Below, piece by piece: positions 7,463 through 15,246 of a stretch of DNA of 64,000 bases. Every line of letters begins with the position of its first letter. Position 1 is the first letter of the stretch. The translations under genes and the position numbers were made by a program. The notes below the pieces were generated by a model. That model did no database searches. It was not told where the DNA came from and was given only the letters and a program-made list of their open reading frames with translations. The DNA is from Candidatus Bathyarchaeota archaeon (GTDB taxonomy: Archaea > Thermoproteota > Bathyarchaeia > Bathyarchaeales > Bathycorpusculaceae), in contig CAWGYA010000006.1 in NCBI GenBank assembly GCA_963826715.1, positions 32,001-96,000 of the forward strand, written 5' to 3'.

Positions 7463-10400
7463 CTACTGCCGCGGTAGCAGATCCACATACTCAGGATTTA
7501 CTTCACCGTGCTTGCTAAGAAGTATCTGGTTTATTTTTCGCCATTCACCGCTAATGCTTGGCCAGATAGGTCCGGCGATTATACTTTTCTTAACATACTC
7601 ATCTAAGGCCCCCTCCCGCTTGAGCATTCTTGTCTTCCAATCCACACTAATTAAATTCGAGCGACGCAAATACTGGATATTGCGGGCCATCTGATTTTGG
7701 TTAATCGGGTAAGCAAGAGCGCTGTTTAAGTCATCAGCTAAGGATTCAATAGAAAACTCTTCTTCCGCACGCAAACTAATAGCAGCTATCATATCCTGCA
7801 TTAGCTTCGCGGTTCGGGTCACATAGAAAGCGCGTTTCGGCATCAGCACTTGCTCAAGGCGATAAGCGTGACGCTTGTAAAACCAACCTTTGACCAATTC
7901 AGCCACCAATAAGTAAGCACCTAAAAGCAATGCCAAAACAGCATAGAACAACAGGGGAGGCGCCACGAATCCAAAGATTTCACCAAGCGGAGTAAAGGGC
8001 ACAAGCATTGCAAAGGAAATGATAGCTATACTACTGATTACAAGATATTTACTTGGCTTACTCTTCCAAAAAGGCCGACGTCTAGTCCGTATGACAAAGA
8101 CAACTAGAATTTGTGAAACAAGAGATTCGATGAACCACGCCGTCTGAAACAGATGTTCCGGATATCTTGGGTCAGCTAGCAACGCTACAGGAATTATGGG
8201 TAAGAAAACAAAAAGCATGCTAAAGAAAGTTAAAAAGTCAAAGAGTGAACTGACAGGACCAAGAGAAATCATAAATCGCCTAATGAAAGTGATGTCCCAA
8301 CGTTTAGGGCGCTCAACATATTCGTCGTCAACCTTGTCGGTTGTAATCGTTGATTGAGAGAAATCATAGAGCAGATTGTTCAACAAAATTTGTACGGGAA
8401 GCATGGGCAGAAAAGGCAGAAAAATGGCCGCGGCTGCGACGCTAAACATGTTACCAAAGTTTGAACTGACACCTATCATGATGTATTTCATTGTGTTACC
8501 GAAAGTCTTTCGACCCTCTAAGACACCTTCTGCGAGCACAGTTAGGTCATTTCGGGAGAGAATGATATCCGCAGATTCTCGCGCCACATCAACCGCATTA
8601 TCAACCGAGATTCCTACATCGCTTGATTTGAGTGAAGGCGCATCATTGATGCCATCGCCCATATAACCGACAACATGCCCATTCTTTTTGAGAAGCGTGA
8701 TGATGCGATCTTTCTGAACAGGATTAACGCGACAAAAAACATTAGCTTCCTCCACAATCGCCATCAAAGCCTCATCAGTAATATTTGCTATTTCACTACC
8801 TAAAGCGACACCTTTAATTTCAAAACCTAACTCATCGCAAACTTTGCGTGTAACAAGTTCGTTATCGCCCGTTACAATCTTAAGTTCTATTCCTGCTTTA
8901 CTAAGTAACCCAAGGGATTGCTTTGCGGTTTCTTTGGGCGGATCCAAAAAAGCCACAAAACCCAAGAAAACCATTTCTTTTTCATCATTAATGGAGTAAA
9001 CAGCTTTGTCTTCTTTTAACCGCTTATACGCAACCCCGAGAACACGTAGACCCTCAACGCTATAATCATGATATTTCTGCTCGATTTTTTTGCGGGTTTC
9101 TTCATTTAGATCAGAAATTACTCTATCAAGTTCATAGTAAGAGCAAACCTTTAGAATTTCTTCTGGCGCACCTTTGGCAATAAAGAATCTTTCCTCTTCA
9201 CATTCAACCACGACAGAAACACGGCGGCGAATAAAGTCAAAGGGCACCTCATCAATTTTCTGATATTTTGAAACGTCAACTTCTTTGTGCTTTAAAATAG
9301 CCTCATCAAGGGGACTGCGTAATCCAGTTTGAAAGTTACTGTTTAAAAAGGAGTACATGAAGACTTTTTCATCTTCCTCACCCTCCAAATTTACGTTTAA
9401 GATGAGTTTTATACGGTTTTCAGTAAGCGTCCCTGTTTTGTCGGTGCAGAGCACGTTCATGCTCCCGAAGTTCTCAATGGCAGTAAGGCGCTTGACAATA
9501 ACCCCCTTCTTGGACATTGCCATGGCACCACGAGAAAGGTTAATTGTGATAATCATCGGCAACAATTCAGGAGTTAAACCTACAGCAAGCGCCACCGCAA
9601 AAAGCAGCGCACTCACAACACCGGTATCAGTAGGGTTACGGAGCGAAATTGTTAGAAACACAAAAATAACTAACAGGAACGTAACTTGCATAATTAGAAA
9701 ACCAAAACCCTTGATTCCCCGCTCAAACTCAGTTTCGGGTGATTTCTCTGTCAGTTTCTTGGCTATTTTACCATATTCAGTGGCACTCCCTGTTTTAACC
9801 ACAACAGCTGATGCTGTGCCGCTGACCGCTGACGTCCCCATGAAGCAGTAGTTGCTCCAGTCAACTGTTGACCCTGTTTTAGCTTTCACGGAGTTAGAAG
9901 TTTTTTCAACAGGGAATGATTCACCTGTCAAAGCGGATTGGTTGATGAAAAGGTCTTTGGCGCTAATTACGCGACAATCAGCAGGTGCAATGTCACCGGC
10001 GGATAGAAAAATCACATCGCCGGGAACAAGCTCAGGCAGCTTTATCTCCTGCCTTATCCCATCGCGGAATACAGTGGCGGTTGAGGTAACTTTCTGTTTT
10101 AAAAGTTGAGCAGCCTTCTCCGCCTTATTTTCCTGGTAATAATCTAAAATTACACTAACAAAAATAATCGTGAAGATAATTGAGGTATTAGCGATTTCGC
10201 CAAGGTAACCTGAAACTAACCCCGCAATTAAAAGTATGATTACTAAGGGGCTTTTGAAATGCAGCAGAAATTCTTTAACTGCAGAGTGTTTGTGTTGGCG
10301 CGCAAGCTCATTTGGGCCATAGTATTCAAGGCGCTCAATCGCTTGCTCTGAGCTGAGTCCTTGCGGAAAAGTTTCTAGACGACTTAAAAGTTCCTCAATC

Positions 10401-10495
10401 GGCAACGTCACGAGTTCTTCGCTGGTGAAAGCTGACTTCATGTTGGCAGCTGCATCTCCATTTTTATTGTTGCCGTTCTGGATTGGTTTTGCCAT
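7463..10495 (-). CDS. mgtA: Mg2+-translocating P-type ATPase with C-terminal extension
   Basis: TGES, PELLP, DKTGTLT, GDGINDAP, SSNFGNMFS and LLNNLLYD (P3B type); ATG at 10495 after GGAGTG. Confidence 0.92.
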   Translation of the reverse strand: MAKPIQNGNNKNGDAAANMKSAFTSEELVTLPIEELLSRLETFPQGLSSEQAIERLEYYGPNELARQHKHSAVKEFLLHFKSPLVIILLIAGLVSGYLGEIANTSIIFTIIFVSVILDYYQENKAEKAAQLLKQKVTSTATVFRDGIRQEIKLPELVPGDVIFLSAGDIAPADCRVISAKDLFINQSALTGESFPVEKTSNSVKAKTGSTVDWSNYCFMGTSAVSGTASAVVVKTGSATEYGKIAKKLTEKSPETEFERGIKGFGFLIMQVTFLLVIFVFLTISLRNPTDTGVVSALLFAVALAVGLTPELLPMIITINLSRGAMAMSKKGVIVKRLTAIENFGSMNVLCTDKTGTLTENRIKLILNVNLEGEEDEKVFMYSFLNSNFQTGLRSPLDEAILKHKEVDVSKYQKIDEVPFDFIRRRVSVVVECEEERFFIAKGAPEEILKVCSYYELDRVISDLNEETRKKIEQKYHDYSVEGLRVLGVAYKRLKEDKAVYSINDEKEMVFLGFVAFLDPPKETAKQSLGLLSKAGIELKIVTGDNELVTRKVCDELGFEIKGVALGSEIANITDEALMAIVEEANVFCRVNPVQKDRIITLLKKNGHVVGYMGDGINDAPSLKSSDVGISVDNAVDVARESADIILSRNDLTVLAEGVLEGRKTFGNTMKYIMIGVSSNFGNMFSVAAAAIFLPFLPMLPVQILLNNLLYDFSQSTITTDKVDDEYVERPKRWDITFIRRFMISLGPVSSLFDFLTFFSMLFVFLPIIPVALLADPRYPEHLFQTAWFIESLVSQILVVFVIRTRRRPFWKSKPSKYLVISSIAIISFAMLVPFTPLGEIFGFVAPPLLFYAVLALLLGAYLLVAELVKGWFYKRHAYRLEQVLMPKRAFYVTRTAKLMQDMIAAISLRAEEEFSIESLADDLNSALAYPINQNQMARNIQYLRRSNLISVDWKTRMLKREGALDEYVKKSIIAGPIWPSISGEWRKINQILLSKHGEVNPEYVDLLPRQ

Positions 10496-10517
10496 GAAGC
10501 CCACTCCTTTGAAGCCT

Positions 10518-10659
10518 AAAGTAGAACACACTACTTTTAAAGGGGTTTCTCAATCCCCAACTGGTGTTCCCTGAAACTAAAAAGAACAGCAACCTCTGCA
10601 CGGTTTATTGTTTTCGGTAAAAATTCATGTAGGTAGCCGAAATCAGGGCATTTTCAGCT
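10518..10659 (-). promoter_or_regulatory. structured intergenic region upstream of mgtA
   Basis: Nested pairs AGCUG/CAGUU, CCCUGA/UCAGGG, UUUCGG/CCGAAA; GGGG..CCCC hairpin followed by UUUU; inverted repeat AAAGTAG-N6-CTACTTT. Confidence 0.45.
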
Positions 10660-11404
10660 ACTTCCATTTGGTTAGGATTTCTTCTCTTTGGAAAGTTGCC
10701 TTACTCAAATAGAATAACCCTAAATCCGCAGCGGCTAAAGCGACTGTAACAATTAACGCCAACCAAATGGTTGCAGAGAATATTGAACCAAGCAGCACCA
10801 CTAAAACCAAGGGCATAACCACTATCCCCCCTAACTGCTGAGCAGCTCTGATGTCGTTTACTCTGGAAGAGACAATAACATTCGTTAAAACGCTCAAAAT
10901 GCACCCTAACGGTGCTATAGCAAAAGTTGTTAGCGCCCAGTTCCAATTAGGTATCAAAGGTATGCCGATGGTGTTATACGACCAAATGTCAATTATAGGG
11001 GCAAGTATGGCTGCAGCTATGAATGTAACTGCCATGCAAGGTAGAAATGAGGCCAAGCATTTACCAAGTAACAATTCACCGTCAGTTGTCGGGGTTGCAA
11101 GCAAGGGCTCTAAGCTTTTCTCTATTTTTTCTCCAACTATGCTATAGGAGGCAATGATAGATGGTAATACAACTGGTACAAGAACAAGGTACATAGAAGC
11201 CAAACCTCCAACTTGGATAACTGTCTGATAGAGCTCTTCACTTGTCATTTGACTGGCACTAGCTGCTATGGTCTGTGTAAGAAACAGAGGCAAAACAACG
11301 CCCAGTATAATAGGCATAGCAATTAGAGAGTAGAAAACGTACTTGTTTCGTCGGATTACACTAAGGTCTTTTTTAGTAACTATCCATGCTTTATAGAATC
11401 TCAT
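10658..11404 (-). CDS. ABC transporter permease
   Basis: SIVGEKIEKSLEPLLATP and LLGK motifs; multiple TM segments. Confidence 0.88.
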   Translation of the reverse strand: MRFYKAWIVTKKDLSVIRRNKYVFYSLIAMPIILGVVLPLFLTQTIAASASQMTSEELYQTVIQVGGLASMYLVLVPVVLPSIIASYSIVGEKIEKSLEPLLATPTTDGELLLGKCLASFLPCMAVTFIAAAILAPIIDIWSYNTIGIPLIPNWNWALTTFAIAPLGCILSVLTNVIVSSRVNDIRAAQQLGGIVVMPLVLVVLLGSIFSATIWLALIVTVALAAADLGLFYLSKATFQREEILTKWK

Positions 11405-12330
11405 TGCGCTGGAACCTCCCGAATTAATTTCAAATAAACATCCTCAAGCGTAGAACGTAACTCAGTCACATACTGAACGTTGCCGCCTGCCAACACAATC
11501 GCCCGCACAACCTCAGGATTATCACGTTCAGGATTATCCATGTCCAATATCAGCTTGTTATCGCTTGGACGCACTTCTTTAACAACCCCAAGTTTTTTCA
11601 CCGCAGAAACAATCCCATCGGAAACACTGGAAAGGTGAACAATGGTTTTTCTGTGGTAAAGACTGCGCTCAAGATTCTTTGGAGAATCCACAGCAACGAG
11701 TTTGCCTTTAAGGATAGCGATGCGATCACAAAGACGTTCGGCCTCATCGAGATTATGAGTATTTAGGAATATGGTACGTTTCTCTTTTTTCAGGTCCAAA
11801 ATGAAGTCACGAACGGTTTTAGAAGCTTCAGGATCCAAGTTTGCGGTGGGTTCATCAAGAAATAGCAGTCGAGGGTCATGGATTAACGCACGAGCAATAG
11901 CAATTTTCTGTTTGGTGCCTTTGCTAAAAGTTCCTACTGCGTCTTCTCGGCGATCCCAGATATCCAGAAGCTTAAGGAGACGTTCGATGTTTTCTTTGCG
12001 TCTTGCCTCAGGAACCTCATAAAGTTGCCCATAGAAATCTAGATTGTGGTAAGCACTTAGGCTATCATATAGGCCTACGTTTTCAGGCAGAAAACCCACC
12101 ATTTTGCGGATTTTAAGGCAATCATCTTGGTTGCTAATGTTGTAGCCACCGATTGTAGCTTCGCCGCTGGTTTTGCTAATTAGGCAACAGAGCATGCGTA
12201 CAGTTGTCGTTTTGCCTGCACCATTGGGACCTAGAAAACCGAAGACTTCACCTTTTTCGACATGTAGGGTGACGTTGTCTACGGCAGTAAGATTGCCGAA
12301 TGTTCGCGTGAGGTTAGTGGTGTCTATCAT
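11401..12330 (-). CDS. ABC transporter ATP-binding protein
   Basis: GPNGAGKT, FSKGT, LFLDEPT; likely start is ATG 12330. Confidence 0.92.
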   Translation of the reverse strand: MIDTTNLTRTFGNLTAVDNVTLHVEKGEVFGFLGPNGAGKTTTVRMLCCLISKTSGEATIGGYNISNQDDCLKIRKMVGFLPENVGLYDSLSAYHNLDFYGQLYEVPEARRKENIERLLKLLDIWDRREDAVGTFSKGTKQKIAIARALIHDPRLLFLDEPTANLDPEASKTVRDFILDLKKEKRTIFLNTHNLDEAERLCDRIAILKGKLVAVDSPKNLERSLYHRKTIVHLSSVSDGIVSAVKKLGVVKEVRPSDNKLILDMDNPERDNPEVVRAIVLAGGNVQYVTELRSTLEDVYLKLIREVPAQ

Positions 12331-12407
12331 TTTTATCCTATCCGCTGGAGAGGTGGTAGAGATTAATACGAATAAGTATTTAAATTCGGCGAAACCGTTT
12401 TCACTAT

Positions 12408-12929
12408 ATGAAACTAGTAAAAGTTCTCGACCCCCAAACCTCAAATCTTGTCAACGATTCCTTAAATCAAACTATTCTCCGAGAACTCGTAACTAAACCC
12501 TTCTCAACATCTGACCTCGCCTCAAAACTCAAAGTACCCAAACTTAGCATATGGCGCCGTATACAAAAACTCCAAAAAGCAGACCTCATTGAGCTCGCAG
12601 ACACCCAAAAAGTCGGCAACCTAGAAAAGAAACTATACCGGGCAGTCGCCGCCTGGTATACGCCACAGCAACTCTTTAACTTTAAACCCAAAGACGTTAA
12701 CCTAAAAGAAGCGTTTGAAATCTATCAAGGCATTCAAAACCGAATGATAGCGCAGGTAGCTACCTACAATGAAATCCCCAAAAATGCCGAACCAGTCGAT
12801 TTTTCGCTGTTCGTTAACATGTTAGTATTTGCGGAAGTCTGTGGAAGACCCGAAGTGCAAGCAAAAATTGTGGAATTAAAAGAAAGACTTGCTCAATTTA
12901 AGTTGCAACAAACAAAGCAGTTTTTCTAA
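12408..12929 (+). CDS. winged-helix (ArsR-like) transcriptional regulator
   Basis: STSDLASKLKVPKLSIWRRIQKL..ADLIE..EKKLYRA; divergent from the ABC operon. Confidence 0.8.
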   Translation: MKLVKVLDPQTSNLVNDSLNQTILRELVTKPFSTSDLASKLKVPKLSIWRRIQKLQKADLIELADTQKVGNLEKKLYRAVAAWYTPQQLFNFKPKDVNLKEAFEIYQGIQNRMIAQVATYNEIPKNAEPVDFSLFVNMLVFAEVCGRPEVQAKIVELKERLAQFKLQQTKQFF

Positions 12930-13288
12930 GGTTTCTCGTATTTAGAGTCTTCAATTCGTTTATTTTCCAACTCTTCATCGGTTAAGCTTGATGTTCCCTG
13001 TTGTCTTGGTTCATTGGGAGGATAATTAATGGGGTTTTTAACGTAAGTATTCATGAAGCTGGATTTACTGCAGGAGGGACATCGTAACTGCTTAATTGGT
13101 CCTATATGAATTCCCGAGAAGCTATGGGAGGCATCAAATACCGCCCCGCATTTTTGGCACTTCGCCCTCATCATACCCGGATGCTTGATCATATATAGAC
13201 GAAGAAAAATAGTCGCAGCCAAAACTACTCCAACTACAGCTATACCCACATAGGGATTGTTAGTTAAGTCGGATAGTATTTGAACCAT
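12926..13288 (-). CDS. membrane-anchored zinc-ribbon protein
   Basis: One TM segment, CQKC and CPSC, C-terminal EELENKRIEDSKYEK. Confidence 0.75.
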   Translation of the reverse strand: MVQILSDLTNNPYVGIAVVGVVLAATIFLRLYMIKHPGMMRAKCQKCGAVFDASHSFSGIHIGPIKQLRCPSCSKSSFMNTYVKNPINYPPNEPRQQGTSSLTDEELENKRIEDSKYEKP

Positions 13289-13301
13289 CGATCATCGCAG
13301 C

Positions 13302-13568
13302 TTAGGTTGCCTTTTCATATTTTGAGTCCTCGATGCGTTTGCGCTCAAGTTCATCTTCAGATAACTGCGGCGACTCTACCTGTTTCGCTTGAGCTTCAGG
13401 GGGCCACGTTACGGGATCCTTAACTGAGCTATAGATATTCATCCAACTTCTTTTTCCGCATGCGGGACATTTAATGTAATTAAGCGGACCAATATGTGGC
13501 GCCATCGCTGCACCAGCATATCCCTGTTCGAATACATTGCCGCATTTTTTACATTTCACTCTGGTCAT
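13302..13568 (-). CDS. zinc-ribbon protein (paralog of the neighbouring gene)
   Basis: CKKC and CPAC, C-terminal DELERKRIEDSKYEK. Confidence 0.75.
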   Translation of the reverse strand: MTRVKCKKCGNVFEQGYAGAAMAPHIGPLNYIKCPACGKRSWMNIYSSVKDPVTWPPEAQAKQVESPQLSEDELERKRIEDSKYEKAT

Positions 13569-13677
13569 GACTAATCACGATTTAGTTTGTACGGAGAGTA
13601 TTAAGGATTTTACAATAAATAATTGAAAATCCCCAAGAGCAACATTAACCTATGTAAGCTTTTTTAGAAGCTTCCGA

Positions 13678-14931
13678 TTGACTTGTCCTATGTCAGCCCA
13701 TCTAGTTTGGCGCAGAAGAACCCTACCCAACGGCTTAACAACCATAGTTTATCCAAGACAAAACGCAAACACCACCCAGCTTTCCCTTGCCGTAAAATAC
13801 GGTTCCATCCAAGAACCAAAAAAAGTCGCAGGAATCGCTCATTTCCTAGAACATATGTTAGCCGGTGGCTCAGCACAAAAAATCAAACGGTCTCGAAGCA
13901 TCGAAGAAGCCGGAGGTATCTTGGACCTCTACACGGACCGCGAACACGTTTTAGGTGTGGCCGACGTTTTGCCCCAAAAAATCACGGAAGCCGCGCGGAT
14001 TCTCTCTGACTTATTCTTCACCGGCGGATTTGAAAAGGAAAAATTCGAGCTTGAACGCAAAATAATACTTAATGAATTAGCCGAAGTAGCTGACGACCCA
14101 ACTGTAAAAATCGAGGAATTACTCATGGAAAGCCTCTACAAGCGCCACCCCATCAGCCGCCCCGTCGGCGGCTACCCCAGAACTATTAAAAAGCTCACAA
14201 TTAACCAACTCGAGACAGAACATAAACACAATTACATACCAAAAAATATGATTCTGGTTTTAACAGGCAAAGTCGATGAAGTTGAAGAAAAAGAGGTTTT
14301 GGATACCTTCAAAGACCACTACGCCCCAGATAATCCTCCCGAACCGACACATCCCCCTGAATCGAAAAAACCTAAAGCGGTGGTAGTTGATGAAAAAGCT
14401 GGAATTACACAAACCTACCTCTCTATCGGCGCCCGTACCGTTTGCGCCACCGACAAAAAAGCACCTGTCTTGGATTTAACCGCCACCATCTTAGGTGGTG
14501 GTACTAGTTCGCGACTCTTCATTGAGCTTCGGGAAAAACACGCGGTAACCTATGATGTAAGTTCAGCACATTGCAAAGGTAAAGATTTCGGCTATTTCAG
14601 CATAAATTGCGCAGTTAATAACCGAAAAGTGGAGAAAACTAGAAAACTCATTTTTAAGGAACTGACGGATTTGAGCAAGCTTAAAGTTTCAGAGGTGGAA
14701 TTGGAACGTTCCAAAGCGATTATGCTCGGCAGCGTATTACGGGGCTTGGATGACCCTCGGGGCACATCTGAAATCATCACTTATATGGAAATGCAGTTTG
14801 GCAGCGCCTTGGGCCTGAAGGATTATGTAGATAAAGTAAAGGCGGTTACAAGTGAGGACATTAGGGAAGCAGTATTAGATACCCTCAATGAAAACAGCCT
14901 CTGCAGTGTTATCCTAAAACCCATAAAATAA
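13678..14931 (+). CDS. M16 (pitrilysin) family zinc peptidase
   Basis: GIAHFLEHM inverted zinc motif; GGGTSSRLFIELREK. Confidence 0.92.
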   Translation: MTCPMSAHLVWRRRTLPNGLTTIVYPRQNANTTQLSLAVKYGSIQEPKKVAGIAHFLEHMLAGGSAQKIKRSRSIEEAGGILDLYTDREHVLGVADVLPQKITEAARILSDLFFTGGFEKEKFELERKIILNELAEVADDPTVKIEELLMESLYKRHPISRPVGGYPRTIKKLTINQLETEHKHNYIPKNMILVLTGKVDEVEEKEVLDTFKDHYAPDNPPEPTHPPESKKPKAVVVDEKAGITQTYLSIGARTVCATDKKAPVLDLTATILGGGTSSRLFIELREKHAVTYDVSSAHCKGKDFGYFSINCAVNNRKVEKTRKLIFKELTDLSKLKVSEVELERSKAIMLGSVLRGLDDPRGTSEIITYMEMQFGSALGLKDYVDKVKAVTSEDIREAVLDTLNENSLCSVILKPIK

Positions 14932-14955
14932 AAAAAGTTAAAATTAATAATATGC

Positions 14956-15077
14956 CGTTTGGCAAATACCAATGCTTTCGTTAGTGATCACCCAAAGATT
15001 CAAACTTATGAGCCTAAGCCCATAGGGGTAAGGGGAAAATAAAACCTCTACACGTCAGCATAATTATCTGCCAAACG
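14956..15077 (-). ncRNA. candidate structured ncRNA, unassigned
   Basis: 13-bp terminal stem CGUUUGGCAGAUA/UAUUUGCCAAACG; inner AUGCU/AGCAU and UAUGGGC/GCUCAUA; GTTATATC box at 15102-15109. Confidence 0.5.
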
Positions 15078-15246
15078 TCGTCGCTTTCTCCTCGACAAGA
15101 GGATATAACCAAACAAAACGGTATAAGAATATGTGGTAGTATTCAACCAACCACAAAAAAGATTTTGTCTTAAAAATTCTGATTTTTCGCAAAATTCGTC
15201 AAGTGCAAAAAAAATAAAGGGTTGGGACAAAGTCCCTTGGTTTGTT

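Noticed and set aside
14975-15060. Hammerhead ribozyme (CUGACG..CGAAA on the minus strand)
   Set aside because: The flanks of the two core pieces pair directly with each other, leaving no stem I/III junction or UH cleavage site.
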